Origin: Eledone cirrhosa | Lineage: Eukaryota | Length of the DNA: 64,000 nt | Direction of reading: 5' to 3' | Assembly (NCBI GenBank): GCA_964016885.1 | Contig: OZ024741.1 | Location: 104,594,001-104,658,000, forward strand | Shown: positions 1-12,970 of the stretch, in pieces | Layout: each line of letters begins with the position of its first letter | How positions within the stretch are numbered: position 1 is the first letter of the stretch | Notes under the pieces: model-generated | The model's database searches: none | What the model was told of the DNA's origin: nothing | The model's input: only the letters and a program-made list of their open reading frames with translations | Made by a program: the position numbers and the translations under genes

Positions 1-480
1 TTTTTCACTAACATTCTTATAGTAAAACTTTAGTCACCTTAGATATTTGTATTGGCATTACTATTTTATAACAGCAACTGCTTGTATACCTTTTACTGAC
101 CACCTGACCTATTTTCACCCCTAAAATAAGCTTCAATTACTACTATTTTACCATTTGGCCAATTATTAACTTTCTATTGGTTAATTCTAAACCTCTTACC
201 AAACAGACAGAATATATTAGATCTTTGTTGGTTTTATTCAATGAACAAATAAAATTATTTCTGAGGTCAGCATAAGACCTATTTCTTCCCTAAAATAATC
301 CTTCATTCATAATATTCTTTTCCTTCCAAAACTGAAATCTACCTTCCTCTACCCATAATTTAAGGTTCTTCTACTACTATATTACTACCTTGACCCTCAC
401 TATCTCTCTATTGGTCAATTCAAAACCTGTTCCCAAACAGACCTATTGTATTGAATCTTTGTTTTTTCAATAAACAAATA

Positions 481-622
481 TCATTATTTCTGAAGACAGC
501 ATATATATGTGTAGGTATGTATATTCCCTCTGATAGTTTGTATAAATATTGTACATAGATCTATAGAATATGCATACCAACTCTAACACATATATATCCT
601 AGAAACGATCGTAAAATGATGA
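481..622 (+). ncRNA. Type I hammerhead ribozyme with long stem II (probable PLE 3' end)
   Basis: Stem I TCATTATTT/AAATGATGA; core CTGAAGA 490-496; GAAA 602-605; palindromic stem III ACGATCGT; cleavage triplet GTA (611-613). Stem II of about 105 nt with ATATATATGTGT/ACACATATATAT and GGTATGTATATTC/GAATATGCATACC arms. Confidence 0.8.
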
Positions 623-1233
623 ATTTTTTTTAATATAAGGAACTGTTTCTTTGTTTATTCATTATTTTATTAATTTACATATACATATATATATATACAT
701 ATACATATACATATATATACATATACATATATATACTGAATTAGCAATTGAACTAAAACCTGTTGATAAAGTGGTTTCCTTGTTCAATTATCTTACCAGA
801 AGCCTAACATTTTTTCTGTAAGCGGACAGTACTTGATTTAGGAGTCGCAGAAACCCAAATACTGGATTTTACCAACCTTCCAGGGGTCCGGGTAAATTTT
901 CAATCACATATATTTTTATTGTTTGACCCGATTTACTTGGTCGTTTCTTTGGCTGTGCGGATGTTTGTTTAACCATCGTCTCAGTGTGTTTGGCCTTTAA
1001 CATATGTTGTAGCTCTGATTCATCTGAATCATCGAGCGCTTGCCACACATCTCAGAAGTTGTTTTTCGTTAATTCCTAAGCCGAAATACGATTCTCGCTA
1101 ATTTATATTTGTATTAATCTCCAGAGTCTAGCTATTGACCAGTTAATTTTCTTGATTTGTTTTAGTTGATTCTATTGACTGATGAATAGCTTTAACCATT
1201 GTTTGTGACTTGTACTTGTACTTGTGTTGACAT

Positions 1234-2628
1234 TCACCTTGGACGGGTTGAGCCGGCTTCTTCCCTTGTCCTGACGGCATCCCGAACCATGGCAGCCCAC
1301 GCACGACGATCCCGGGCTAGGCCACTGGAGATAACGAGCCAGTCACGGTTCAATCGGCGCAGGCCGACCACATGCGGACCTGAGAGTTCGGAGTGCTGTG
1401 TTGAGAGTGTAGTCAATGGCGTAGTTAAAGAGAGTTGGCGATACCACACACCCCTGCCGAACACCGGTCCCAACATCGAAGACTCCATCTCCTCACCTTA
1501 GCCCCTCACTCGAGCCCGAGTACACTGGTAGTAGCCTTGTATGAGACGAAGCAGTTTCACTGGGATGCCGTCCACCTGCATTATATGCCATAGGGCTTCC
1601 TGATCTACCGAGTCGTAGGCAGCTGCAAAGTCGATGAAGCAGAGGACGATAGGCTGTTGATGTGCCCACCGTTGTTCCAGGACATGCCGGGGAATGAAGA
1701 TTTGATCAACTCACCCCCTCTCCGGACGGAAGCCGCCCTGAGAAGGATGGGTATGGTCATCACAGATGGCCTGGAACCTCTTCAGCAGAAGAATTGCGAA
1801 GGTTTTGGCAGCAACGTCAATTAAACTGATACCCTGTAGTTGGAACAGTTTCCTGTTGCTCTTTTTGAAGAAGGGAAGGAGAGTTGCCTCGCTCCAGTCA
1901 CCAGGGAACCGCTCCGTCGCCCACACCGAGGAGAAGACTCGATGGAGCCAAGCTGTGAAAATATCAGGCTCGGCCTTGTAGACCTCAGCTGGAACGCCAT
2001 CCTCGCCCGGTGCCTTGTTGTTCCGGAGATGTGTCAGGACACCACGTACCTCCTCGACCGTTGGAGGGGCAGTGCTGCACCCGTATTCTCCTCCGGAAGG
2101 CTGCACGTAGGTTGGCATGGATGGTAGCGGTTGGTTGAGCAGCTCAGAGAAATGGTCCCGCCATCGGTCTAGCCAGTCATTAAGATTGGTAATGACCGCC
2201 CCGTTCCAATCACGGATCGTCTCGCTTATACCCGTACTGCTTCAGCTGGTCCACTTCACCAGTTGGTAGAGCTTGCGCGAGTCACCACAGGCTGCTGTGC
2301 TCTCCGTCTGCTGCGCAAACTCGCGCCAGTGTGCATTCCAATCGTCCCGAATAGCCCGAGATGTGCGACGTCGGAGATCTCGAAGATTGGATGCATACTC
2401 GAGTCGGACCACTCTCGCTCTCTCCGCGAGTTCAAGAGTGCCGCCAGAGATCCAGTCCCAATGGCGTCTTTGGGTCGACCCGAGATGCTCCCTGGCCACC
2501 TCAACCCTCGCCGCCCTGAGCGCATTCCACTCCTGCTCTGGTAGCTGTTCCACTTCGTTACTCAGCATTTGGAATCGGTTTCGCAGCTCTAGCCGGAAAG
2601 CATTTCCAGCATCGAGCTTGAGTCGTGC
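1234..2628 (-). mobile_element. Decayed RTE-clade LINE reverse transcriptase fragment
   Basis: Minus-strand ORF pieces: NNKAPGEDGVPAEVYK, W..ATLLPFFKK, GISLIDVAAK, QGGFRPERG, downstream CFIDFAAAYDSVDQ and GVRQG-like motifs; frameshifts present. Confidence 0.85.
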
Positions 2629-3568
2629 GGATGTGTGACTTAGTAAGATTATTCCTTCTCCACACACTTAAAGAGAAATTTCCTTCCCATAATATCGGTT
2701 TATACCGTGACGACGGATTGGCAGTTTCTCATACCACCAACGACCATAACCTTGATAAATTCCGTAAAGATTTAATCAATACTTTTGCTAATCTTAACCT
2801 TAAAATCACTATAGATACGAACCTTACCAATGCTAACTTTCTTGATATTAATCTTGATCTACTTACTGCCTCTTTTAAACCTTATCATAAACCTAACGAG
2901 AATCTAAAATATATACACAAAGAGTCTTGCCATCCCCCTATAGTTTTTAAAAATCTTATTCCCAATATTAGCCGTAGGATTTCTACTTTAACTTCTTCTC
3001 TAGACATTTTTAATAAAGCTGCCCCTTATTATAATAAAGCCCTCACTAACAGCGGCTTTACAGAACAGATTACATATTTACCTACCCCTCCCCCTAAAAC
3101 TAATCACAATAATAGGAAAAGGAAAATTATGTGGTTTACACCCCCCTTCTCTCTAACTGTCAAAACTAATGTAGGAAGGAAATTCCTTGACCTCCTAGAT
3201 AAGCATTTTCCCCCTAATCATAGATATTATAAGATATTTAATAGAAATGTAGTTAAAATTAGTTACTCTTGCTGCCCATCTATGAGGTCTAAAATCACCA
3301 ACTCTAATCGTACGAGAATAAATCCAGGATGCAGTTGCAGAAAGCCGGATGAATGCCCATTACAGGGCAAATGTAACACCAAATCCATTGTATATGAGGC
3401 CAAAGTAACACCTTTGATTAACAACCAGCCGGCCAGGAGTGAATGATATGTTGGTATGACTCAAGACAGGTTCAAAACCAGGTTTTATGCACATGTCACT
3501 TCTTTTAAACACTCCGATAAAAGAACAGCAACGGCCCTCGCTAATAAGGTGTGGCAATTCAAAATTAA

Positions 3569-3689
3569 TAATGTTCTCTTAAGTGGTGCATAGAGACGTT
3601 CTCTGGCGATGAACGAAATATGACTTATTATCTTCGTTTTTTCGTTCATTGCCAGAGAACGTCTCTATACACCACTTAAGAGAACATTA
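3569..3689. repeat. Inverted repeat (about 50-bp arms) at the PLE ORF/3' region junction
   Basis: TAATGTTCTCTTAAGTGGTGCATAGAGACGTTCTCTGGCGATGAACGAAA is the near reverse complement of TTTCGTTCATTGCCAGAGAACGTCTCTATACACCACTTAAGAGAACATTA. Confidence 0.9.
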
Positions 3690-3878
3690 GTCTACGACCT
3701 CTTTTATACCATAAACGTGGTTTTGTCTTTGCGCGTAATTGTTTTTCACCGCTCCTATTAATGACGTATTATTCGTTTTTCCCCGTTCTTTGCCAGCGAA
3801 CGTTACCACGAACCAAAGTATCGTCTTCCTGTCTTCCTCCGGTTGCAACGTTTTTTGAAATATCCAGTTCTGCGTTTA

Positions 3879-3952
3879 CAGATTGACTTTGTTAGTTTCA
3901 GAAGATCCCGTTAAGGGTGAAAGCAGCGATTCTTTGCTTAAACTTTAATCTG
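3879..3952 (+). ncRNA. Type I hammerhead ribozyme, core variant CAGAAGA
   Basis: Stem I AGTTT/AAACT extended by CAGATTGA/TTAATCTG; CAGAAGA 3899-3905; stem II CCC-GTTAA-GGG; GAAA 3919-3922; full stem III AGCA/TGCT. Confidence 0.65.
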
Positions 3953-4142
3953 TTATTTTAATAAATATTTGCTCTACGGTTCTTATATATTTGATATATA
4001 TTTTCCTTATCGAGCCCTCTGGATTTTAGTCTTCAATTTTATTATTATTACTATATATATGTATATATATATATATATATGTGTACATAAAATTGAAAAT
4101 AAATTTTTATGTATTTCTTTTATATATATATGTGTGTATATA

Positions 4143-4496
4143 TCATCATCATCATCATCATCACCGTTTTACGTCCGTTCTTCCACGCTAGCATGGGTTA
4201 GACGGGTTGTCCTGTTGTGGGCAGTGTCTGGTCGGCTGACCATGCCTTGCTCATACAGGAACTGATCTGGCTTGATTTCTACAGCTGGATGCCCTTCCTA
4301 ACACCAACCTCATTTACAGTGAGTGCTGGGTGCTTTTTCGTGGCGCCTACACGTCCACTTTACAGTGTGGGCTGGGTGCTTTTTTGCCGTGGCACCTCCA
4401 CGACCACCTTGCGGTGGGGGGGGGGGGGGGGGCATATTGTTTATATGCTTCAGCATGTACCCATGGGAGGTCGGGTACCCTGTATTACTGCGTGAC

Positions 4497-4497
<1 letters not shown>
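4143..4497 (-). mobile_element. RTE LINE 3' end fragment with (ATG)n tail
   Basis: Same tail as other RTE copies here (CTGGATGCCCTTCCTAAC, CCACGCTAGCATGGG, (CAT)n). Confidence 0.7.
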
Positions 4498-4582
<85 letters not shown>

Positions 4583-4588
<6 letters not shown>

Positions 4589-6680
4589 GGAAAAAATGAA
4601 ACGAAATTTCATTTCCCACTCTTAGTACGGCTATTACTTAAATATAAGTATCATCATCATCATCATCATCATCAACGTTTAACGTCCGTGTTCCACGCTT
4701 GCATGGGTTTGGACGGGGGTAGTCCCACTTGAGGCAAGAGTGATTGTCTTGCTCGCATAGGACTGTCTGGCAGGTTTTCTACAGTTGGATGCCCTTCCTA
4801 ACACCAACCACATTTACAGTGTGGGTCTGGGAGGTTTTTACCGTGTTGCCTACACGGCCACATTACAGCGTGGACTGTGTGTTTTTTTTGTCGTGACACC
4901 TACACGATCTCATTTGTTTCGGCCTCGATGGCGCGGCACCAACATAACTTTACATAGAACGGGGTGGTGCGGATGGGGTAGGGGTGGGGGTGGTGGGACG
5001 GGGTGTATTTTGTTAGGGATGCCTACTGGCTGGAGTAGGTTTTACTATATATTTAGGTAAGGCGGGTCTTCTCTGTTACTGAGTACCGCCAAAGGTCTCG
5101 GTCCAGTGACATTGTCTTGGAGAGGTGTAAGTGTGTGATGTCGGAGTTTATCAGCTCGTCCCAGGTTTTTCTAGGTCTGCCTATTCCGTGACTACCGTCT
5201 ATCTTTATTGCCCTGCACTTTGTTATACAGCTATCGACTTTCATGCGCATCACGTGTCCATACCAACGTAGCCTTCTCTCGAGTAAACAACATCTGATCC
5301 CTCTTATCTCTAATTTTTTCCTTAGTTCGTTTATGCTTTGCCGTTCACGTATATTACTGTTACACATCCAGCGGAGCATGCAAGCTTCGTTCCTCTCTAG
5401 TCTGCGTATATCCTCTGCACACAATGCCCAGGTCTCACTGCCATGCAGCATTGCTGTTCGTATGCAGGCATCGTACAACCTGCCTTTCATTTTTAGTGAG
5501 AACCCTTTAGCAGCTAATAGTGGTATAAGCTCTCTGAACTTTTTCCAACCAGTTCTGACTCTAGCTACAGTACTTTCAGAGCACCCTCCCCCACTGCTGA
5601 TTTTATCGCCCAGGTAACGGAAGCTGTCCACTATTTCTATAGAACCCTCTGGGCAATTGAAAGAGCTAGTAGCTTGTGGGCACTTGCTGCTACTTATTGC
5701 ACCAGAGCACCGGCCACATGTAAAATCTATGTTCTTAGTTAGCTTACCTGTGATCCCACTACATCTTTTATGCACCCATACTTTGCATTTAGGACATAAA
5801 ATGGAGTTTCTACCTACGCCTTTCCTACACACCGAGCACGACCATTTCCCAGAAGGGACCGCCGCCTTGTTTTCTTTCCTACAAACTAGTACTTTGGTCT
5901 TAGCCAGGTTAATTTTAAGTCCTTTTGACTCTAGGCCGTGCTTCCATGTTTGGAATTTCTTCTCTAGCTCGGCCATTGATTCCGCTATGAGTGTCAGGTC
6001 GTCTGCGTATAGGAGTTCCCATGGGCAGCCTGTCTTGAACTCCTCTGTTATAGCCTGAAGGGCAATAATAAATAGTAGTGGGCTGAGAACAGAGCCCTGA
6101 TGGACGCCAACTTTTACGCTAAACTCTTCACTATATTCGTTGTTAATTCTAACCTTGCTGACTGTTTCTTTATACATGGCTTGTATAGCCCTCACAAGCC
6201 ATTCGTCAACGCCTAGTTTTCTAAGAGCCCACCAGATAATGGAGTGGGGGACTCTGTCGAAGGCTTTCTCCAAGTCGACAAAAGCTAAGTAGAGGGGTTT
6301 ACCTTTAGCTAGGTACTTCTCCTGTAGTTGTCGTACTATGAAAAGAGCGTCTGTGGTACTTTTGCCTGACACAAACCCGAACTGCATTTCATCTAGGTCA
6401 ATTCTCTCTCTGATTAGTTGCGCTATTACTTTTTCCGTGACCTTCATGACCTGGTCGATTAATTTAATGCCTCTATAGTTACTCCTATCTAGGGCGTCTC
6501 CTTTACCCTTATAACAGTTAACGATGATGCTGCTATGCCAAGTATGTATACGCATATACATATATGTACACAGACGTACAGTAGTATGTATATATATATA
6601 TACATACATGCACACATATATATATGTACGTATGGATTCACCGAACATTTATTATAATGCTCGGTGTGTTTGTAAAATAA
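4583..6680 (-). repeat. Partial family-A HHR repeat (4583-4651 and 6540-6680) split by an RTE insertion
   Basis: Both pieces match the 32078-32280 copy; AAGTAT is duplicated at both sides of the RTE. Confidence 0.75.
4652..6540 (-). mobile_element. 5'-truncated RTE LINE with open RT (YADD) region and 3' tail
   Basis: ORF 5053-6540: NYRGIKL, QFGF, FVDLEKAFD, GVHQGSVLSP, LLYADD, Cys-rich C..C insert, FRYLG, RRLRWYGHV, GRPRKTW. The N-terminal MFGES.. residues come from the flanking repeat. Confidence 0.95.
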
Positions 6681-8038
6681 TGATCTCAATAATGATCTCT
6701 CAAGCCCAGGGCCTGTAGTAGCTTTAATCTGGCCATTTGCATATTTCATAATCAAACATGTATAAAGATAATCTCTCAGGACTTTGTAGTTAGGAAATGG
6801 GATTAGATCGGATAAAATACCAGCTATATACCCTACAGAATTTTCCGTTGTCACTTGTGGTGGGCGGCCGATTGTCTCATTTAGTGACGAATTGATGTTT
6901 TTTGTTTTTTTCCTCTCGCTTTGATCATATATTTTTCTGCATTACATTTGTGAGGGTCCTAGCTATAATCAATTGTATTTATTATTTGTGTTTATATTTT
7001 CATTCCGTAATGTTATTTATAAAAATATGAACAAAACCTATGATTTATTCCCATTTAAATTTTGAAAGAACTACCTAGCAGGTAACAATTATGAATTTGC
7101 GTAGCAACTATTTTATATTGAATAAATACGGTACGTTAATTGTGAATCAAATTGGAAAAGTATGTGAAACAAGAGTTATAATGAACAATACTTGGGTATG
7201 AATCGAAGTTGTAGCTGCCAAGCTAATCATTATCATCCAGAATAAAATACGAGAGTTAAAAAGTGTGACACCAGAATGTATCAAAAAGAATCGACCGATT
7301 TTATTTACAAATGCTCAATATGTAAATAACTTTATAAAAAGAAAAAAGAATTAAATTTTATATTCAGACGTGTATTGTACAAGTTACCGCATGATTATAT
7401 GGCCATTTGTTTAAAAATATATACCTTTTTCGAAACATCCTGTATGTATATATATATACAATATATTAATAAATTAATAAATATACAATATATTAATTAC
7501 TCCAGTAAACTGATGAGTGCTTTATGTCAGTTATAAACTTTTAAGCTTGTTGGAATCCCAACAAATTAAATATAACTTCTACATATTTATATATATTTAT
7601 ATAGAAACAAATTATATAGAAACGAAATGAATACATTACATATTTTCCATAATGAAACATGTACAAAGTCCGGCTTGATAAGAGAAATTATACAAGAATT
7701 ATGAGGACAAATGTTCGTATTACATGTAGAAATTGCCAGGTATATATTGTATGGGTGTGTGCTGTGATATGTGTGTGTGTATGTGTATATATATATATAT
7801 ATATATATGCGTATAAATGTGTGTGTGTATATATATATATATATGCGTATAAATGTGAGTATGTGTATATTATATATATATATATATATATATACTATAT
7901 GTATGTGTGTGTGTGAAAATGATTGGGTAAGCCACCACCGATATGTCAACTATTAACACCCAATGACGATACAGGACTTAAATTATTGTATTTCTATTCA
8001 TTAGTGAAACGATAAAAAATATCAACCTCACTTCATTA

Positions 8039-8220
8039 TTGGCAGTATCGGTAGAGGGTTGGATGCCATGCTTTGATGCATAGAGTTACGGCCCTTGCCA
8101 TTCTGAGTTCAAATCGCGCCTAGGTTAACTTTGCCTTTCATCCTTACGGGGTCGATAAAATAAAGTACCAGTAATGCACTGGGTATTGGCTGGCCTTGTG
8201 CCAAAAGTAGAAACAATTAT
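8039..8220 (+). mobile_element. tRNA-derived SINE family B; other copies at about 25642-25825(-), 31702-31857, 32633-32760(-), 37000-37188, 39290-39445, 45014-45165, 45222-45450, 47116-47215(-), 47220-47430
   Basis: A-box-like TGGCAGTATCGG, B-box GAGTTCAAATC, conserved GCCTTTCATCCTTACGGGGTCGATAAA core, tail GGCCTTGTGCC..AGAAACAATT. Confidence 0.85.
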
Positions 8221-8886
8221 TTCCATACATACAAATAGAAAAAAATATATATATATTATATTGTCTGTTCTTATTGTTGTTTAAAAATATATCAGTGTTA
8301 TATATAATATATATATGGTGTTTCCAAAAAATGTATACACACTTCAACAGCATTCATTTTTGGGGGACATCCTGTATATATATATATATATTGCATCTCT
8401 CAAAGTCAATGACAGAGGATCGAGATCTTTGGTGTTATGCAGTAATACAGAAGATACGCCCCCCCCCCCCCCCAACATGCGCATGGGCTCAAGTATACAG
8501 CTAGTAGGCACCTGTTAACCACTATACCCCCACACCATCCTTACACTGTAAAAATATGTTGCTATCACAACAAAAAGAATCCAGCCCACATTGTAAAGTT
8601 GTCACCATGTAGGAGTCACAAAAAAAGCACTCTGCACACATTGTAAGTGTGGTTGGCATTAGGAAGAGCGTTCAGCCATAGAAACCTATCCAGAAACAGC
8701 CTTTAATAGGACAACCCGCCTAACTCATACTACTTATATATATTATCTACTTATATATTAACTACTTATATATATTATATATATATTTATATAATATATA
8801 TATAATATATATGTATAATGGTTTCTGATCTAAACATAAGGCCCACAATTTTAGGGGAGGGGAAAGGCGATTAAATCGACTCCAGT

Positions 8887-8949
<63 letters not shown>

Positions 8950-8952
<3 letters not shown>

Positions 8953-11900
8953 TTGTTTAACGTCTATCTTCCACGCTAGCATGGGTTAGATGGGAGTTGT
9001 CCCAATTTGAGACAAGATTGGTTGCGTGACCATGTCTCGCTCGTATAGAACTATCTGGCATGTTTTCTACGGCTGGATGCCCTTCCTAACAGCAACCACG
9101 TTTACAGTGTGGACTGGGAACTTTTTACTGTGTTACCTACACGACCAGTGACATTGTCTTAGAGAGGTGCAAGTGTGTAAGGTCGGAATTTATCAAATCG
9201 TCCCAGGTTTTTCTGGGTCTACCTACTCCGTAACTTCCATCAATTTTGATCGCCCTGCACTTTTTTATACAGCTGTCGTCTTTCATGCGCATCACGTGAC
9301 CATACCAACGTAGTCTTCTCTCAAGTAAACAGCATCTGATCCCTCTTGTTCCTAATTTTTCACTTAGTTCATTTATGTTTTGACATTCACGTATATTACT
9401 ATTACACATCCAACGGAGCATGCATGCTTCGTTCCTTTCTTGTCTGCGCAGGTCCTCTGCACGCAACGCCCATGTCTCACTGCCATGTAACATTGGTGTT
9501 CGTATACAGGCATCATACAATTTAGCTTTCGTTTTTAGAGAGAAACCTTTTGTGGCCAACAGCGGTATAAGCTCTCTGAACTTTTTCCATCCCATTCTGA
9601 CACTGGCTACTGTACTTTCATAGCACCTTCCACCACTGCTGATTCTGTCACCCAGGTAACGGAAAGTGTCCACTATTTCTATAGAACCATCTGGGCAATA
9701 GAAGGGGCTAGTATCCTGTGGGCACTTGCTACTTATTGCACCCGAGCATCGGCCACATAAAATCTACGTTCTTAGATAGCTTACCTGTGATTCCACTACA
9801 TCTTTTATGTACCCATAGTTTGCAGTTGGGACATAACATGGAATTTCGACCTACACCCTTCCTACACACTGAGCATGGCCATTTCCCAGAGGGCACCTGT
9901 GCTCTATTTTCCTTTCTACATACTAGAACTTTAGTCTTAGACAAGTTAACTTTAAGGCCTTTTGATTCTAGGCCATGCTTCAATATTTGGAATTTCTTCT
10001 TTAGTTCAGCCATAGATTCAGCTATGAGAGTTAGGTCATCTGCATATAGAAGTCCCCATGGGCAGCCGGTCTTAAACTCTTCTGTTATAGCGTGAAGGGC
10101 AATAATAAATAGGAAGGGGCTAAGGACAGAGCCTTGATGAACACTAACTTTTACACTATATTCATTATTAATTCTAATCTTACTGACTGTTTCTTTATAC
10201 ATGGCTTGTATAGCTCTCACAAGCCATTCATCAACACCTAGTTTTCTAAGAGCCCACCAGATAATGGAGCGGGGGCTCTGTCAAAGGCTTTCTCCAAGTC
10301 AACAAAAGCTAAGTATAGGGGTTTACTTTTAGCTAGGTACTTCTCCTGTAGTTGTCGTACAATGAAAAGAGCGTCTGTGGTACTTTTACCTGACACAAAC
10401 CCGAACTGCATTTCATCTAGATCAATTCTCTCTCTGATTAGTTGCGCTATTACTTTTTCTGTGACCTTCATGACCTGGTCGATTAATTTAATGCCTCTAT
10501 AGTTACCCCTATCTAGGGCATCTCCTTTACCCTTGTAGCAGTTAATGATGATGCTGCTACGCCAGTCCTTCGGAACGACCCCATTCTGTATGACTTGGTT
10601 TACTATCCGGATGACCATAGTGTGTCCCACCGTTCCAGATGCTTTCAGCATTTCAGCAACTATTTCCGAAGGCCCAGCCGCCTTACCTGTCTTTATATCT
10701 TTGATTGCCTTACTTATTATACTACCTTCAACTAGCATTGCTGCTCCCTCTATTGGATCGATGTGGGGGAGACTGTCTTTCTCCCATTTATTCTCCTCAT
10801 TTAGGAGCCTTTCGTAGTGACACTTCCAAGCTACCTTCTTATCAGCGTCAGAGATGGCAAGTACACCATCATCATTAAGGACACACTTCTCCCCGACAAT
10901 ATCACGGTTTTCCTTGACACATTGCCTAGCAATCCTGAATACCTCACGTTTTTGGTCCTCGCGTTGTAGAACATGCTTGAACTTTCTTTCCTCTGCTGCC
11001 CTTCTTGTGAAGTACACTTGTCTCCTAGCTTCCCCCCTGGCCACTTGATAGTCTTCTCTACTTCCCCCATCCCGCCATAATTTCTAAGCCTGCTTTTTGG
11101 CCTTAATTGACTCCTCCACCTTACTGTTCCACCACCACGTTACTCTCCTCCTGCCTGCCCCAGCCACAGACATCATCTGCCCCCTTCAGCAGGTTAGCTT
11201 TCAGGAATTCCCACTGTTCCTCTATATTGTACGACTCTAATTGCACTTCCTTACTGTCAAAAGCATCAAGTAATATGCTTTAAAATTTATTACTCATTGT
11301 GGGGTCCTTTAGCTTCCATATTTTTCTCCTGAGGATAGTCCTCCTCTGTTGTCGAGTACGTCTTGTCCTGACTACGAGGTCGCTGACTATGAGTCCATGT
11401 TGGGATGTGGATTCTTCATGGGGGAGGGATTTAGTGTTTACGACAGACACTCTATCACGTCTTCTGGTAAGGATATAATCTATCTGACTGGCGTGTTCCC
11501 CTGATCTATAGGTGATCAAGTGATTGTCTCGTTTTTTGAAGTTAGTGTTACAGACAGTTAGGTTATTTGCGTCACAGAATTCCAGGATTCTGGCGCCTTC
11601 CTCATTTCTAGTACCAAACCCATAGCCTCCATGGATTCCGTCATAGCCATCACAATGTTGTCCAACGTGACCATTTAGGTCGCCAGCAATAATTATGTAG
11701 TCACTGTCGGTTATTTGGGAGGTCGTGAGCATCAATGTCTCATAGAATCTGTCTTTTATAACGCCAGGCAGTCCGGAATGGAGTGCGTACGCAGATATTA
11801 CTGTCACCGTAGTTCTATTTAAGACAAGTCTTATTTTAATTATTCTGTCGATCACTCTATTTACGTCTATTACCTTATCTACCCATTTTTCTGCTAATAT

Positions 11901-12400
11901 GATTCCTACTCCACCCAGCCCATTGTCATTTCCCGCCCAGAAAAGCTTATAGCATCGTTTTTTACCCACAATGAATCTAGCAGACCCGCCCCTCCACCTA
12001 GTCTCTTGGATACAGCAAACATCAACCTCCTTACGTTCAAGCATTTCTACAACCTCGTTAGAGCGACCTTTTAAGGTGCCTACATTCATGGTACCAACTC
12101 TGAAGTTTTGGATTGCGTTTGGTGGGTGGGAACGGTGGGGCGCGGGGAGGGGTGAGGGGGCTGGGGTTGCGGTTATGTTGGCCATCCGCGGCCGAAACAA
12201 AGAGGAGGAGTCCTTGCCTTTTCGTTCGGCAGCATGAGGTGAATTTGTCTTTATCTTTGGCATTGTCACTCAGTGTCCAGATTTTTTTCAGACTCTCCAG
12301 AATTTCCTAGTCCATCCATCATATCGAAAGGCAACCGGAAGAAGTGATAGCATAGGCCGCTGACTTATGATTGGTTGAAATAATAATAATAGTGGTGAGT
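8950..12400 (-). mobile_element. Near full-length RTE LINE (AP endonuclease plus RT), frameshifted
   Basis: 11280-12269 APE motifs (GTMNVGTL, CIQETRW, GDLNGHVG, SQIDY); 10238-11044, 9729-10220 and 9137-9673 carry RT motifs with YADD; shared 3' tail. Confidence 0.95.
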
Positions 12401-12472
12401 GGGGGCGGGTGAGAGGGGTATGGGGTAGTTAGCGAGAAGGTAAAATCCTCGAAATTTGGGCATAATTGGACA

Positions 12473-12591
12473 AGCATATAACAGTAATAAGCGAATAATA
12501 TTTAGTACAACCTGACAGAATTATAGAATAGCATATAACAGTAATAAGCGAATAATATTTAGAACAACCTGACAGAATTATAGAATAGCAT
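12473..12591. repeat. Tandem duplication, about 57-bp unit x2
   Basis: AGCATATAACAGTAATAAGCGAATAATATTTAG(T/A)ACAACCTGACAGAATTATAGAAT occurs twice. Confidence 0.85.
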
Positions 12592-12912
12592 TGAGATGGA
12601 CCGGGAAATGGAGAAATCGGAAAAAAATGGCATTTTACATTACATTTCACAGGAGACGAACAATGTGACCATTAATAAGATTTGACAAATTCTGAGATTC
12701 GTACCTCATAACAGGTTTATTTTATATTTGGTGAGAGAAGGGAGGGGAGGGGATAGTAAAGATTAGGAGGGGCAAGGAGACCATTTTATAAACCCTAGGA
12801 TTTTCGGCCAAAATTAAATGAACGGGATCGAGGAAGAGAAGGTTATAAAACATCAGAATTTTCGGCCAAAATTAAACAACGAGATTGTTAATTTAGAAAA
12901 ACAAACGAGGTT

Positions 12913-12967
<55 letters not shown>

Positions 12968-12970
<3 letters not shown>

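Larger units (their letters stand above)
2630..3990 (+). mobile_element. 5'-truncated Penelope-like element (Naiad-like RT C-terminus plus GIY-YIG, with 3' region)
   Basis: GLYRDDGL, NFLDI, YHKPN, WFTPPF, CSCR..CPLQGKC, SIVYE; after an in-frame TGA it continues YVGMT..FK.RF..H..SF..TALA..VW. Followed by a hairpin and an HHR. Confidence 0.9.

Noticed and set aside
1179-1235. CTGATGA core motif
   Set aside because: No GAAA or stems before the RTE sequence begins.
3444-3446. In-frame TGA in the PLE endonuclease as possible selenocysteine
   Set aside because: The aligned position in the other two PLEs is N or T, not Cys, and no SECIS was recognised; a nonsense mutation is more likely.
7511-7670. 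CTGATGA followed by GAAACATGTA as an HHR
   Set aside because: No complementary stem I or clear stem II.
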